This document shows, one piece after another, positions 1 through 10,540 of a stretch of 47,604 nt of DNA. The stretch covers positions 5,518,001-5,565,604 of the forward strand of contig NC_079238.1 of assembly GCF_027921745.1 (NCBI RefSeq), read 5' to 3'. The notes under the pieces are model-generated. The model searched no databases. It was not told the origin of the DNA and saw only the letters and a program-made list of their open reading frames with translations. The stretch is from Schizosaccharomyces osmophilus (taxonomy: Eukaryota). Each line of letters starts with the position of its first letter. The first letter of the stretch is position 1. The translations under genes and the position numbers were made by a program.

Positions 1-340
1 TCTCAAATCAGATGTAAGAAGGACTTCTTTCAAGTTCTTATTCTTTTTCTATTTTATGTAGTCAAAGCAAACAACTGCGCAGATCGAACAAAAGCACTTA
101 CTATAACGTTGAAAAAGATGCAACAAAGCCTGTGGTAAAACATTAAGTCTTGCAAAAATCTGTATTCTCCAAAAAGTAAGGTTGAAAAAAAAAAAAGAAA
201 GAAAACAAGTTTCAGAGTCTCTCATATCCATTCATTAATTTCTGGGCCACTACCGTTCATTTTATTTTTATTTATTTATTCTTTTTTTTTGGTTCTTTAA
301 TAATTTTTGATACTGTTTATTATAGATTTTGGGAAATTTC

Positions 341-1886
341 ATGATCCAGAAGAACAACTACATCACCTCTTCCTGAAACATTGAATTTGCTCTACTCAAA
401 TTCCTACCGGCACCACTTTTCAGGTCACTTCAAACTCAACACCGAAACCCAAACCAAGAATAATCATAATGGAAGCCTCTCTACTCCTAATGCTCGTATA
501 ATACCAAACTTAATTTGGATAGGAGTTTCGTTATTTCTAAACGTATTTCTCTCTGGTTTTGATGGGACAGGTACAGCTTCTGCTTATACTACGATCGGTG
601 AAGAATTTCACGCTGCAAATTTAGCGTCATGGATTACCACTTCGTATTTAATTACTAGTACTACATTTCAGCCTTTATACGGATTGATACGGATCGTTTT
701 CAGACATTATAGGAAGGTGAGTATGTTAATATATGGCATCGGGACTGTTTAGTCTTGGTTATCTATGGTGCTACTTTGCTATTGGGATCTTTTTTTTTAA
801 TAATTGCAAGAAGTTTTTTATGGGAATTGGGGGAGGAGGATTGATCACACTGTACACATTCATCGACTCGGATATCATTCCAACAAGGAAACGAGGGCTG
901 TTCCAAGCATTTCAAAATCTATTGTTATGATTTGGTGCCATTTGTGGAACGTCTTTTGAAGGTGTACTTTGTGAAGCATTTAGTTGGGGAGTTGTTTTCT
1001 CATCCAAGTTCCTTTTTCACTTTCAAGTTTTGCTGTAGGGTATTTTTTTTGTACAAAATTAAGCTTGTTATACAAGGCTTCACAATATCGAATTCTTTTG
1101 ATATATCAGGAGGATACTTTTGGTTTCTGGGTTGACGGCATTGTTATTGGTTTATCTTTTGGTGGTACAAAATCCATTCAAACATGTGAACCCTCTAAAT
1201 TTTCATATTATTGGGAGTGTTGTGTATATCTGCATTCATATATGTAGAATTTACAACGAAAGCGGCGCCAATTATTCCATTAAAATCGCTTCAAGGGTTA
1301 TACAGTACCCTTGTTTTAACGATTGGGGGTTTCACTGGATTAGCAGGATATGCTTATTTATTTACACTCGCTTTATTTTTTCAACTAGTACAAGGGGATA
1401 GTCTTTCCAAAGCCGGACTTTGTCTTGCTTTACCTTCCTTGTCTACAGCTATAGGAGGATTGATTTCTGGTAATCTCATGCATCAACATGTTCGCGTGGG
1501 AGCACCTACTTTTTTGGGGAGTACTTCTCATGGCTTTAGGATATGTCCTTAGTTTGTTTATATATCCTGGCATATCACCAATACTACTGGGTCTATTTTT
1601 GATTCCAGCCAACATTGGGCAAGGTATAGGATTTTCAAGCTCCTTCTTTTCGTTCATTTTTTCTGCGTTTCCTCAAAATTCACATGCTCCATCTACATCA
1701 ACGCTTTATTTGATTAGAAGCATTGGTTCATTGTTTGACGTAGGCGTATTATCAGCCATCATTCAATCGACTCTTAGGAAAAGAGTATTCACTGAATTAT
1801 CAGATTTTACTGATCTCAATGAAAACCAGATTCGAGAGGTTCTTCTTTATATGATTTACCAGAGGATATTCAGAAGATTGTATTAG
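341..1886 (+). pseudogene. MFS transporter pseudogene, Fnx1/Fnx2/Vba-like (14-TM DHA2-type vacuolar transporter), several frameshifts
   Basis: Consecutive ORF fragments in different frames join into one MFS protein: FLSGFDGTGTASAYTTIGEEFHAANLASWITTSYLITSTTFQPLYG; GIGGGGLITLYTFIDSDIIPTRKRGLFQAFQNLL; APIIPLKSL; STSTLYLIRSIGSLF. The 5' boundary is approximate. Confidence 0.8.
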
Positions 1887-2575
1887 GTGATTATACTTTT
1901 GCCATTCGAAATGCACAGAGTTTACGATGATTTGCTGCATAATAGCCCTTATCTTATGTATTTTGAAGGACGTGATAAAACCAAATACACATTCCGGATT
2001 TCGCTATTAATCCTTTCGGGCCTGTCTTTCACGTCGAGCAGCAGTGCTAAGAAAAGAAATGCCATTACGGAATAATGATAATGCCGTAAAAAAATTACTT
2101 TTATAAACCTATTAAAAAACTTTTTATTTTCTGATCGTTGAAGCGATTTGTCAAAGGTGGACTGGAGGACTCTTTATGTTCATGAGGTGAATTGTCGCAG
2201 ATCTCATTCAAGTGTACATGCAAAGGGAATTATTGGTGGATTTTTCAATAATGAAAAAAATAGTTAAAGGGATTTTGGTCCTGTTTTTGTCTTAAAAAGA
2301 GATCTTCCGTTTTTCATTTAGGGCTTTTTTTCCATATCGTTTTGACTTGAAAAAATAAGTGGGCATTTAAAATAAGCAAATAAATTTTTTTTTTATTATT
2401 TTTTTCTTCTTTAAAGAACTTTGACTTTAATATGCTCTGAAACTTATTATAACAATGAATGATTTTTGTAAACATCCATATGATTGACGTTAATGGTAGC
2501 TACAGGAGATGAGATATTCATATAATGCTTCTAATAATTAATTTTTACAGTCTACTAGATATGAACGATAGGGTT

Positions 2576-2669
2576 GTACTAATGAGGCTAGACTCTTAGA
2601 TGTCTTCACTTAACTGCAGTCATCGAACGGGAACTGGTCTGGTGTTTTTGCCTAGGTGCGGCCGTAGAC
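2576..2669 (-). pseudogene. Degenerate, 3'-truncated 5S rRNA gene
   Basis: The reverse complement begins GTCTACGGCCGCACCTAGGCAAAAACACCAG and follows the intact 5S copies (20363-20481, 28796-28914) for about 80 nt, with substitutions and small insertions (e.g. duplicated CTGGT). The 3' ~40 nt are missing. Confidence 0.85.
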
Positions 2670-3138
2670 GTTTGTTCCTGTCTGTAAGATTACTAGTAAT
2701 TCAGTGTGTTCCAGTAAGGACTTTCTTGTTTACATTTTGAAGCAAACACTCTTCTGTATGATTACATCGCAATATTTCGGTCTTGACTACCGTTTATAAA
2801 AGACGTGCAATTACACGACACTGTGTTGAGTTAAACAGTAGTTTATTGCAATGGAAATTTTCGTCAAAATATGTAAATAATCATTAAAAAGGGTGTTCGA
2901 TTCTACTCACGAAGAAAATGAACGATACGTAAACAACGATATTGCGAGAAGAATTAAAAAGATTCATAAAAGAGTGAATGAGAAAAGCAATAAAACTCTG
3001 CTGGACCCGTCTGATCCTTGCGTTTGTGAACTCGAATGCACTTGATGGACAGCAATGTACACGGATGCTCCCAAAGAAGTGGCAAACTACAAAGAAGTAA
3101 AGCATTCTCAGTAAGATCATAAATAAAAAATCAAAAGC

Positions 3139-4251
3139 TCAAACATTAGCGCTTTGCTCAGCAAGAGGTTGAAGTTCGATCTCTTCGTTACGAGGTGGAC
3201 CATTCCTGCTAATTCTATTCTGAAAGGTTAATGAAAAATCCTAAATTAAGAATACCAAATGTACTTACTAGACGTGTAGGCACATGGTCTTCAATTGCAT
3301 CTGGGTTATCTGAACAAGTTAGAACAGTTGATAGAAAATAGAACCTTACGAATGAGAAGAACAAAGAAGCATATGTTCAGTACTGCCAAAACAACCAACA
3401 TCGCAGCTGAATGTATATATTCAAAACCTCCTGATAATTTCAAAACGTAACCACCGACTCCATTCAAACTTATCAGTATAATTAGGGCTTTACACACAGC
3501 TGGTGCCACTTTCTTTGTTGCTCTTCCAGATTTTTTTAGAAACTTTTTGGTTGCTCTTCCAGATTTCTTTAGAACCTTTTTGGTTGCTCTTCCAGATTTC
3601 TTTAAAACCTTTTTGGTTGCTCTTCCAGCTTGCGTGAACCATTCTTTAGGCATTTGAGTTATTACTAATAGTTAGTGAGTCATTAAAAATCTTGAAATTA
3701 GTTTCTTACCAATTGTCAATGACAGAAATAGAGCGCACCAAACGCCAAAAAGTACCCAAACGGCAAGCTGATTAAACGGAATTTCGTAAACAAGAAGAAT
3801 GACCCTCGCAATAATTAAGCATACATTATATACAATAAAAATAGCAAAAACAATTGCTAATTCACGAGGCGTCAGATATCTTTTCTTTTTAGAACTTTCT
3901 TCTGTTTCAGGAGCCATTTCTAGATCTACAAATTTGTTTGAAGCTAATGAATGTTTTAGTAATAATTCGTTGTTTGTGAAAGGATAGAGGTATTCGCCCT
4001 GTTTGTTGACACTTATCGACAAGGTTATTCATCTCAAACCCAACAAATAAATAAACAAGCATGATTCTTCCATAATGAACCGTTCAAACAAAAACACAAA
4101 GAATAAACCTTTCCTTTCTATTTCAACAAATCTTACCTGTATACGGAGGAGGCGTACCATCTGAAGGAGACGACCGACTATCTGCCTTTTCATCATTGAG
4201 CGTTTTGGAAGAGTCATCAGAATCTGAAATAGGAGAGTACTTGTTTTTCAT
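3139..4251 (-). CDS. wtf: wtf-family meiotic drive poison/antidote gene, 5 exons (4251-4137, 3943-3710, 3664-3350, 3309-3269, 3219-3139), 261 aa
   Basis: Hand-spliced with GT..AG introns and CTAA-type branch sites; every junction stays in frame (786 nt). Exon 1 is MKNKYSPISDSDDSSKTLNDEKADSRSSPSDGTPPPYT, a wtf-type MKNKY start plus a PPPY motif. Exons 2-3 are hydrophobic TM segments, exon 3 carries 33-bp repeats, and the C-terminus is EIELQPLAEQSANV*. The gene lies next to a co-oriented 5S relic. Confidence 0.9.
3505..3628 (-). repeat. 33-bp coding tandem repeat in wtf exon 3 (about 3.7 copies, GRATKKVLKKS)
   Basis: Unit like TTTTTGGTTGCTCTTCCAGATTTCTTTAGAACC on the + strand, translated as GRATKK(V/F)LKKS x3 plus GRATKKV. 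Confidence 0.92.
4000..4010 (-). promoter_or_regulatory. FLEX-like (Mei4/forkhead) motif in wtf intron 1, candidate poison-transcript promoter element
   Basis: GTCAACAAACA on the minus strand is one mismatch from the FLEX consensus GTAAACAAACA. ATAAACA also occurs at 4051-4057. An in-frame ATG lies at 3917 in exon 2. Confidence 0.45.
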
Positions 4252-4781
4252 ATTTACAATCGCAATTAGATCCCTTTAATGATACCGATTTTTACACTCT
4301 AAACGAAATCAACTAGAATCACCAAAAAAAGTCCGTAAGAACTGGCTCCAATTTTCACAGATCTGTCAAAAATCTGTCAGGAAAAAAAAGGGAATTGGAT
4401 CTTGCTTAAAAAGCAAACTTCGTTTTGCAAGATTAGTTGGCTTTAAAACCAAAGATGCCAGTTTGAAAAAAACCTTGGTAGTGGCTTTTCGCATGTCTCA
4501 ATTCATAAATCAGCGACATTATGTCACTGACTGGTCACAGTCCTCATTGCGATTTTTCGTAATAGTATAATCCAAAAGAGTCGTCGTTTATTACAAAATG
4601 TAAACATAGAACCAGCGTTAGAAAAAACAGTGCTAATCAGTTTGAATGATATTCAAACAGGATCGGACTTTGCTTTTTTTGAAATCCACCCAGTTGCATT
4701 TGCAATTACTAATGCTCTAGGCTTCAGGATGCCGTCGGAAAGAAACGACTTGACGACTGATACTGTATCCCGTTAAACACT

Positions 4782-5532
4782 ATGCCAGCAGAGCCTGAAA
4801 ACCAGTTCAACGATCGTAGTGACAATACTTTCAAACAGCTGTCCTCTGAACATACCTCTGAACATACTGAGCAATCTCCAGGGTTACGCCAGGAACCGGG
4901 TCAGTCTAGGGATGTTGAAAGCAGTGGGAGTTGATTTATACGGAAAGTAAAGCAATGTTTGTTCTTTTCGTTTTTTCTCCAGCATGTTTATGCGTATGCT
5001 TATGTTTATGTTTTTGTTTCATCGTTGCATTTTGTTTCTTTTATTCATTCGTCAAGCAGTTTTTAATTTACTGATCCTTATAAAATCTTTTCATTTCTAA
5101 CTAATAAGGAGTTTAATTAATTACTGAATCATGGATGGCTATTGCTTCCTTGCAATCACTAGTATCACTAAGTCAAAGGACCATGCCGATCAAAACGACA
5201 GCCAGGCGATGCTTGCATACAAAAGAACAAGAATTGCAAAAAAGCCTACTGCATACTGGGGAATGCACAATCTTTCAGCTGGACTTTCAATGTTGATAAT
5301 TCTGCCTCCGGTACCGATTCTTCCTTTTTGGGAAAATGAGGAACTACAGCTTCCGTCACGTTTAAAAATAAAAATAAGATCACGAACATTCAAATCTACT
5401 ACCATGGCAAAGGGAATAACACCAATGACTGTGTTGGTGTTGTTACTGAGCTTATTATTCATTAAAAGGGTTACTGTTGGTAGATGTTTTCGTCGATACA
5501 TTGCGTATCCTTTAAAAAATGTTTGCCTTTGA
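4782..5532 (+). pseudogene. Decayed gene head-to-head with wtf, possible wag (wtf-associated gene) relic
   Basis: ATG at 4782 opens a hydrophilic 50-aa stretch. A frameshifted hydrophobic segment follows (MFVLFVFSPACLCVCLCLCFCFIVAFCFF), then a CTAAC..AG intron-like end near 5097-5109 and a Cys-containing frame (CIQKNKNCKKAYCILG...GK*GTTASVTFKNKNKITNIQIYYHG) with an internal stop. The wag call rests on position only. Confidence 0.4.
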
Positions 5533-6301
5533 TTCTCCTGGATACATTTATAGTCAAAAATCAAATGTTCCTCTTTTTTTTTTGGCAGTGAATATAAGCA
5601 TTTTTTTCGCTTAAGCGTATTTCACTTGTCATTCGCATTTAACATTTGGCTTTTCTAATTATAACCTTTGTGATCTGACTTACATCTCCCATTCGCCTTG
5701 ATTCTTTTTTGGTGTTTTACTTACCATCTGTTCTGGGTTTCCTCTTTATTGTATCTACTTACCTTTTTTTCCTACAGTATTATTTGTTGAAAAAAAGGAC
5801 CAAAAGTCAACAGCTTGCAATAGGCGGCTGGTCAGTTGGTCAGTCATTTGATTGAGAAATCCGTATATCGCTAAAGCCTATTTTGTAGATTCCAATGAAA
5901 TGTTTGTTGTAGCTAATATCTGGATTCGAAAAGCGGAATACATTTGTAATTTTTAGTTGGGGAATTTTCTTTCATTCAGCGAGCACAATACCCTTGGCAT
6001 AATCCATATACCTTCCCGTATACTAATGTTTTGGTATGGTATGGTAATTTGTATAAAATGAATTTTATTGTATAATAAATGAAAAAGAGAACTGTTGGAA
6101 AAGAGTTTGCTAAGAATACTATCTCTCCAAGAAAACTGTCTGCCTAATCTTCAGACTGAAATATTCGACTTTCCAAGCTTAATAAAATCGTCTGTATACG
6201 CAAGTTATTTAGTGAATAAGGTGCCAGATGCCTGATCCCTGGAAGCTAATTACGATTCATTTCATTTCAAGTTGTACAGAAGCATCTGATTTGACATGCG
6301 A

Positions 6302-6329
6302 TTTTTTTTTTTTTTTTTTTTTTTTTTTT
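6302..6329. repeat. Poly(dT) tract, about 28 nt
   Basis: Uninterrupted T run. Confidence 0.9.
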
Positions 6330-6564
6330 ATTATTGTTCTGTGGATTGGTTTTCCACTGAGCATACAATCTCATACAGAGTGAGATTCCCACCTATATGA
6401 CGAATTTTTCATCAATTCATTCTTCTATAAATGTTTATATTTTCATATACATATGCATATATATTTATTTATTTATTTCTACATTTTTTTAATTTATATT
6501 TAGATCTATGCTATGTGCTATGTTCTATTCTGGCTATTCCTTTTTTAATCAAAGCTGATCTTTC

Positions 6565-7395
6565 TCATTTCCCAGAAATCAAGGTTGAGGGCTTTCCTGG
6601 AGTGACCCAACAGACTCTGTCGCTGATCCCTTCTTCCTCAAAGTCTCGGGTTAATTCCTTTCCAGCTTGCGTAAAATGACCCCATCCTTCAAAGTGAATG
6701 GGTACCATCAGCTCAATATTTAGATCCTTTACAAGTTGACCGGCTTGCTTTCCGTCCAAAGTAATCTGCAATGGTCCATCGTGTGAAAATGCAATGGCCT
6801 TTCCAAGATTGAGAATTGCAACACACACGTGATACTTTTTACGAATTTCCTTGATTTCCTCAATGTAAACAGTATCACCAGAAAAGTAGATCACATTTGG
6901 AAGTCCCTCAGGACTCGTACCAAATGTGTTGCACTCCAAGATAAATCCAGTACACTCTTCTCCTGGAACGTGTCTCGTAGGTACCCCGGTAACTTGAAAG
7001 GTCTTTCCGCCAACATCAAGTGGGATTGTCTCCCATGGGCGAATGCCACGAACACCTGGTCGAGGTTGGAGGTTCTTTGCACCATCCATAGTAGTAATGA
7101 CTTTACGACCATCTAAAAGGCGACGGCCGAGATCATCCAAATTATCTGCATGATCTTCGTGACTTAAAAGTACTGCATCAATAGGAGGTAAACTTTCCAA
7201 TCCCAAGGCAGGATCAATGCTATTTTGCAGAATAGCGGATCCATCTTTTAAAATATTCGATTCATAATTCAATTTCGTTCCAGCCGGCGAGAATACAGGG
7301 TCAGTCAAAAAGTTGACATGATCAATACTAAAAATAGCAGTTGCAGTCGTAAGATGAGTGATACTCACGTTGCTGAGAAAGTTGGTAGAAGGCAT
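6565..7395 (-). CDS. Metallo-beta-lactamase-fold hydrolase (UPF0173/lactamase_B-like)
   Basis: Motifs FLTDPVFS, LLSHEDHADNLD (HxDH), H in PTRHVP, YFSGDT and PIHFEGWGHF. Start taken at the second Met (MPSTNF); the ORF is open upstream to 7452. Confidence 0.88.
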   Translation of the reverse strand: MPSTNFLSNVSITHLTTATAIFSIDHVNFLTDPVFSPAGTKLNYESNILKDGSAILQNSIDPALGLESLPPIDAVLLSHEDHADNLDDLGRRLLDGRKVITTMDGAKNLQPRPGVRGIRPWETIPLDVGGKTFQVTGVPTRHVPGEECTGFILECNTFGTSPEGLPNVIYFSGDTVYIEEIKEIRKKYHVCVAILNLGKAIAFSHDGPLQITLDGKQAGQLVKDLNIELMVPIHFEGWGHFTQAGKELTRDFEEEGISDRVCWVTPGKPSTLISGK

Positions 7396-8215
7396 TGTAA
7401 AAAGCAGTTCGAGTCTTTCTTTCTTTCTTTGCTTTGTATCACAACTTGGCATCCCATGGAGAGAATATATACAATTTCTCGTTTCTCCTTGGCAGTAAAT
7501 TACCTAAGCCTAAATCCGCATACCGCAAATTCATCTTTTGAGGTCCGCATTAACTTGAAGTTTCAACGAGCCGAACCTGAAACAAAAGATGACGGAAACC
7601 TCTTATCATTTATTTCCTTTTTCCTAGTTTTGTTTCATGAAGCTGTTGGTTGGTATTCCTTGAAAAGGATCGGATCAAATTCAAAAAGGTCTCTTAAACG
7701 GCTTATGGAGATTTAAATACAATAAATGATATTATTCATGCATTGAATGAATGAGCGTACACTTACAAAGTAAGCAAAGTGAATCCTCCTTACTCACTAA
7801 ATATGTAGAAAAGCCGCAATATTGCGGATGTCGATTCGTGGTGTGCGGGGAATAAAGTAAAGAATGGGTTGAGGATTAGAAATTCCATAGGCAGCATTGG
7901 CAGCAGCAGCAGCAGTAGTAGTATGCTGATTAATAAGACAACCAACACACTAGTATCGTAATTTAAAAATTGAAATCCAAATCCATTCGAATGGTACGTT
8001 CCCTTCCTTGGTAAGGTAAATTGATTCATGATTATTTTTAAATACTTAGTGAGTGACAAGTGAAAAAGTTATAGAGTGGATGATACAATGGCTTTTCAGT
8101 ACACTTTCGGTTGAGCAATGAACTATATGTATATATAGCACGAAATACAAGAGATGAAACCGATGTTTTGTTTGGCCAGCGGCATCAATATTGCATTTGA
8201 GCTTTGGTACTTTAG

Positions 8216-8472
8216 ACAGGTGTTAAAGCTTGGTGGCGTCATCAACAAGCTTTTATTCAGGTAAAACAGACACTTGAAAACGTATCAATTCTATGTTATT
8301 GTAAACCTGGAAGAAAAACTCAATTGGAAACGGATGCTTCTGATTATGGTATAGGAGCAATTCTATCACAAAAGCAAGATGATGAAAATTTTCATCCAGT
8401 TGCTTTCCATTCGGCTTCATTTACAGACCAACAAAAGATATGGACAACTTGGGAAAAAGAAGCGTATGCCAA
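8216..8472 (+). mobile_element. Ty3/gypsy (Tf-like) pol remnant: RT connection and RNase H N-terminus
   Basis: My translation gives WWRHQQAFIQVKQTLENVSILCYCKPGRKTQLETDASDYGIGAILSQKQDDENFHPVAFHSASFTDQQKIWTTWEKEAYA, the classic ETDAS..G(A)VLSQ...PVAFxS...EKExxA RNase H signature. Confidence 0.88.
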
Positions 8473-9046
8473 GATAACATCAGGTATCGTTTTTTAGCAG
8501 AGCCAATAAACTTGTTCAATAACATATTCATTTAGTATCACCAGAAACGTTACTAAAGATATATCACTCCAGATATGTAGTAACTTAATTTAGAGTATTC
8601 AACTTGACAATTCAAGCCATTTCAACTGTATTCCATTTACGCTCTCATTACTATACGGAGGAGTATATTCCCGTGACACATAAAAAACAATACTGAACGT
8701 TATGTTATGTAAGCTAAATCCGTAGAGTACACAAAAATTGCGGATTTATGTTGAATACCGCAATCGGGTTAGCGGTCAAGTGGGGCTACGGATTGAGATC
8801 TTGGTTCTACTTACGTACGTATTGAGGCAAAATTTGTAAAAAAAAAAAGAAGGACGGAAAATGTGCGATATTTATTTTTATTTAATTTGTTTGCGGGTTT
8901 GAATTCAATTGAAAACATTATACAATATTCTCAAATTTATTTACTAGCTAGAAGTTTGGTAATTTATAATTAGCTCAACAAGGTTTCTTTAATACATCTA
9001 TTCTTTTGGAAGGTATATCTAATTTTCTTTTTCCATAATACAAAAT

Positions 9047-10540
9047 ATGGACTTGTTATATCTTGCAGTCGGAAAAACATTTCAAAAGAATAATGCGATG
9101 CTTCATAAAAATACCAAGGAAGGCATAGTAGGCGACAATACTCTAGGCTTGGATAATCGATCAAGTTTGTTCAGTGGCCAAGACAAAGTGCAATGGATTT
9201 TAGAAACTATGCGAAGTGAGAAAAGCATCGATGTCACTCGAACGAAAATAAGTGAAGGAACCCCCCAAGAATACCTTGTAAGTTGGGGTGGCCCTCATGA
9301 CCCACTTGATCCAAGGAATTGGTCCAATACTAAAAAATGGTGGATAGATAGTTATTGAATTATTTCTTGTTACTACTGCTGTTACATTTCCTTCTGATGT
9401 TTACTCAACAGGAGTTCCAGAAATTTTCAAAAGCATGCATACATCAACCCCTGTCGCATCATTGAGCACTTGTACTTTCTTGGTAGGTTTCGCAATGGGT
9501 TCTTTACCTTTTGCGCCACTTAGCAGTATTTATGGAAGATTGCTTGTTTATTTGGTTTTCATTTTTACAATTTTCCAAATAGGTGGCGGATCTGCTCATA
9601 ATATTTGGACTACACTTATCATTCAATACTTTCAAGTTGTCTTTGGGAGCATTCCTTCAGTCAATGGCGGAGGTGGTGTAAGCGACATGTATGGTTCGCT
9701 CGAGAATACACATACGTTGTTCCACTCCTTTGTGCTATTCCCTTCCTTGGTCCAGTCATAGGGCCTATTGTTGGTGACTTTATATCACAAAGTGACCGTG
9801 GATGGAAATGGGCATTTTGGATAAGTATGATACTTTCTGGATCCGTTGTTTTGCTTGCCATTTTTACTTTTTCTGAAACACATAGTAATACAAACCTTTC
9901 CTTACAGGGCTCGTTACCTTCGTGAAGTTACAGGAAATCCTCTTTGGTACACAAATAGTGAAAAGCAACGTGACCCTAGAAGAGCAGTTAGACAATCATC
10001 GATGTATGCTAGCTTATTGTTGGTAACCGAACCGATTGTTGTTTGTTTTACTCTTTATATGACCATTATATTCGTTCTCGCTTATATGAATTTAGGTAGT
10101 TACCAAATTGTATTTTCTCACTCAATATGGTTTCAACCAGGGAGAACAGGGTCTTCCGTTTTATAGAAGTCGGTGTTGGAATTGCGATAGCCGTATCTTT
10201 AACTCCCAAATTGTTTATTACCATTATCTGAATATTTATTAAAAGATGAAAGGAAATGTTTTCCCGGAGCATCGTTTGTATCCACTATTTTTTGTATGCT
10301 TTATTGATAGTTATAAAACAAGGGCACAAAGCGCAGGCGCTGCTGCGACGCGACGCTTGCGGGCTAATCTGCTAGCGGAGGATTAAGTTTAGTCGCTCGT
10401 CCATTGTACCACAATTTGGGTACTCATTGGGCTACGACGCTTTTTGCTTTCACATCATTATGTATGGTCCCGATCCCAGTTGTTTTTTATCTATATGGAA
10501 AAAGGATACGATCTCGCAGTAAACTCGCCTACAAAGGATG
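9047..10540 (+). pseudogene. DHA1-family MFS drug:H+ antiporter pseudogene
   Basis: Fragments in shifting frames: VSWGGPHDPLDPRNWSNTKKW; GFAMGSLPFAPLSSIYGR; NGGGGVSDMY; PFLGPVIGPIVGDFI; WKWAFWI; LLVTEPIV; PEHRL. Multiple frameshifts and stops. Confidence 0.85.

Noticed and set aside
2884..3120. 78-aa ORF directly downstream of wtf as an additional exon or gene
   Set aside because: The wtf frame already terminates at 3139 with a typical C-terminus, and nothing else supports this ORF.
4029..4217. 62-aa ORF MTLPKRSMM...
   Set aside because: It is the wrong frame of wtf exon 1 running into intron 1.
7790..8059. Short hydrophobic ORF with a CAG/CTG run
   Set aside because: The Leu stretch comes from a trinucleotide repeat; no recognisable family or convincing gene structure.
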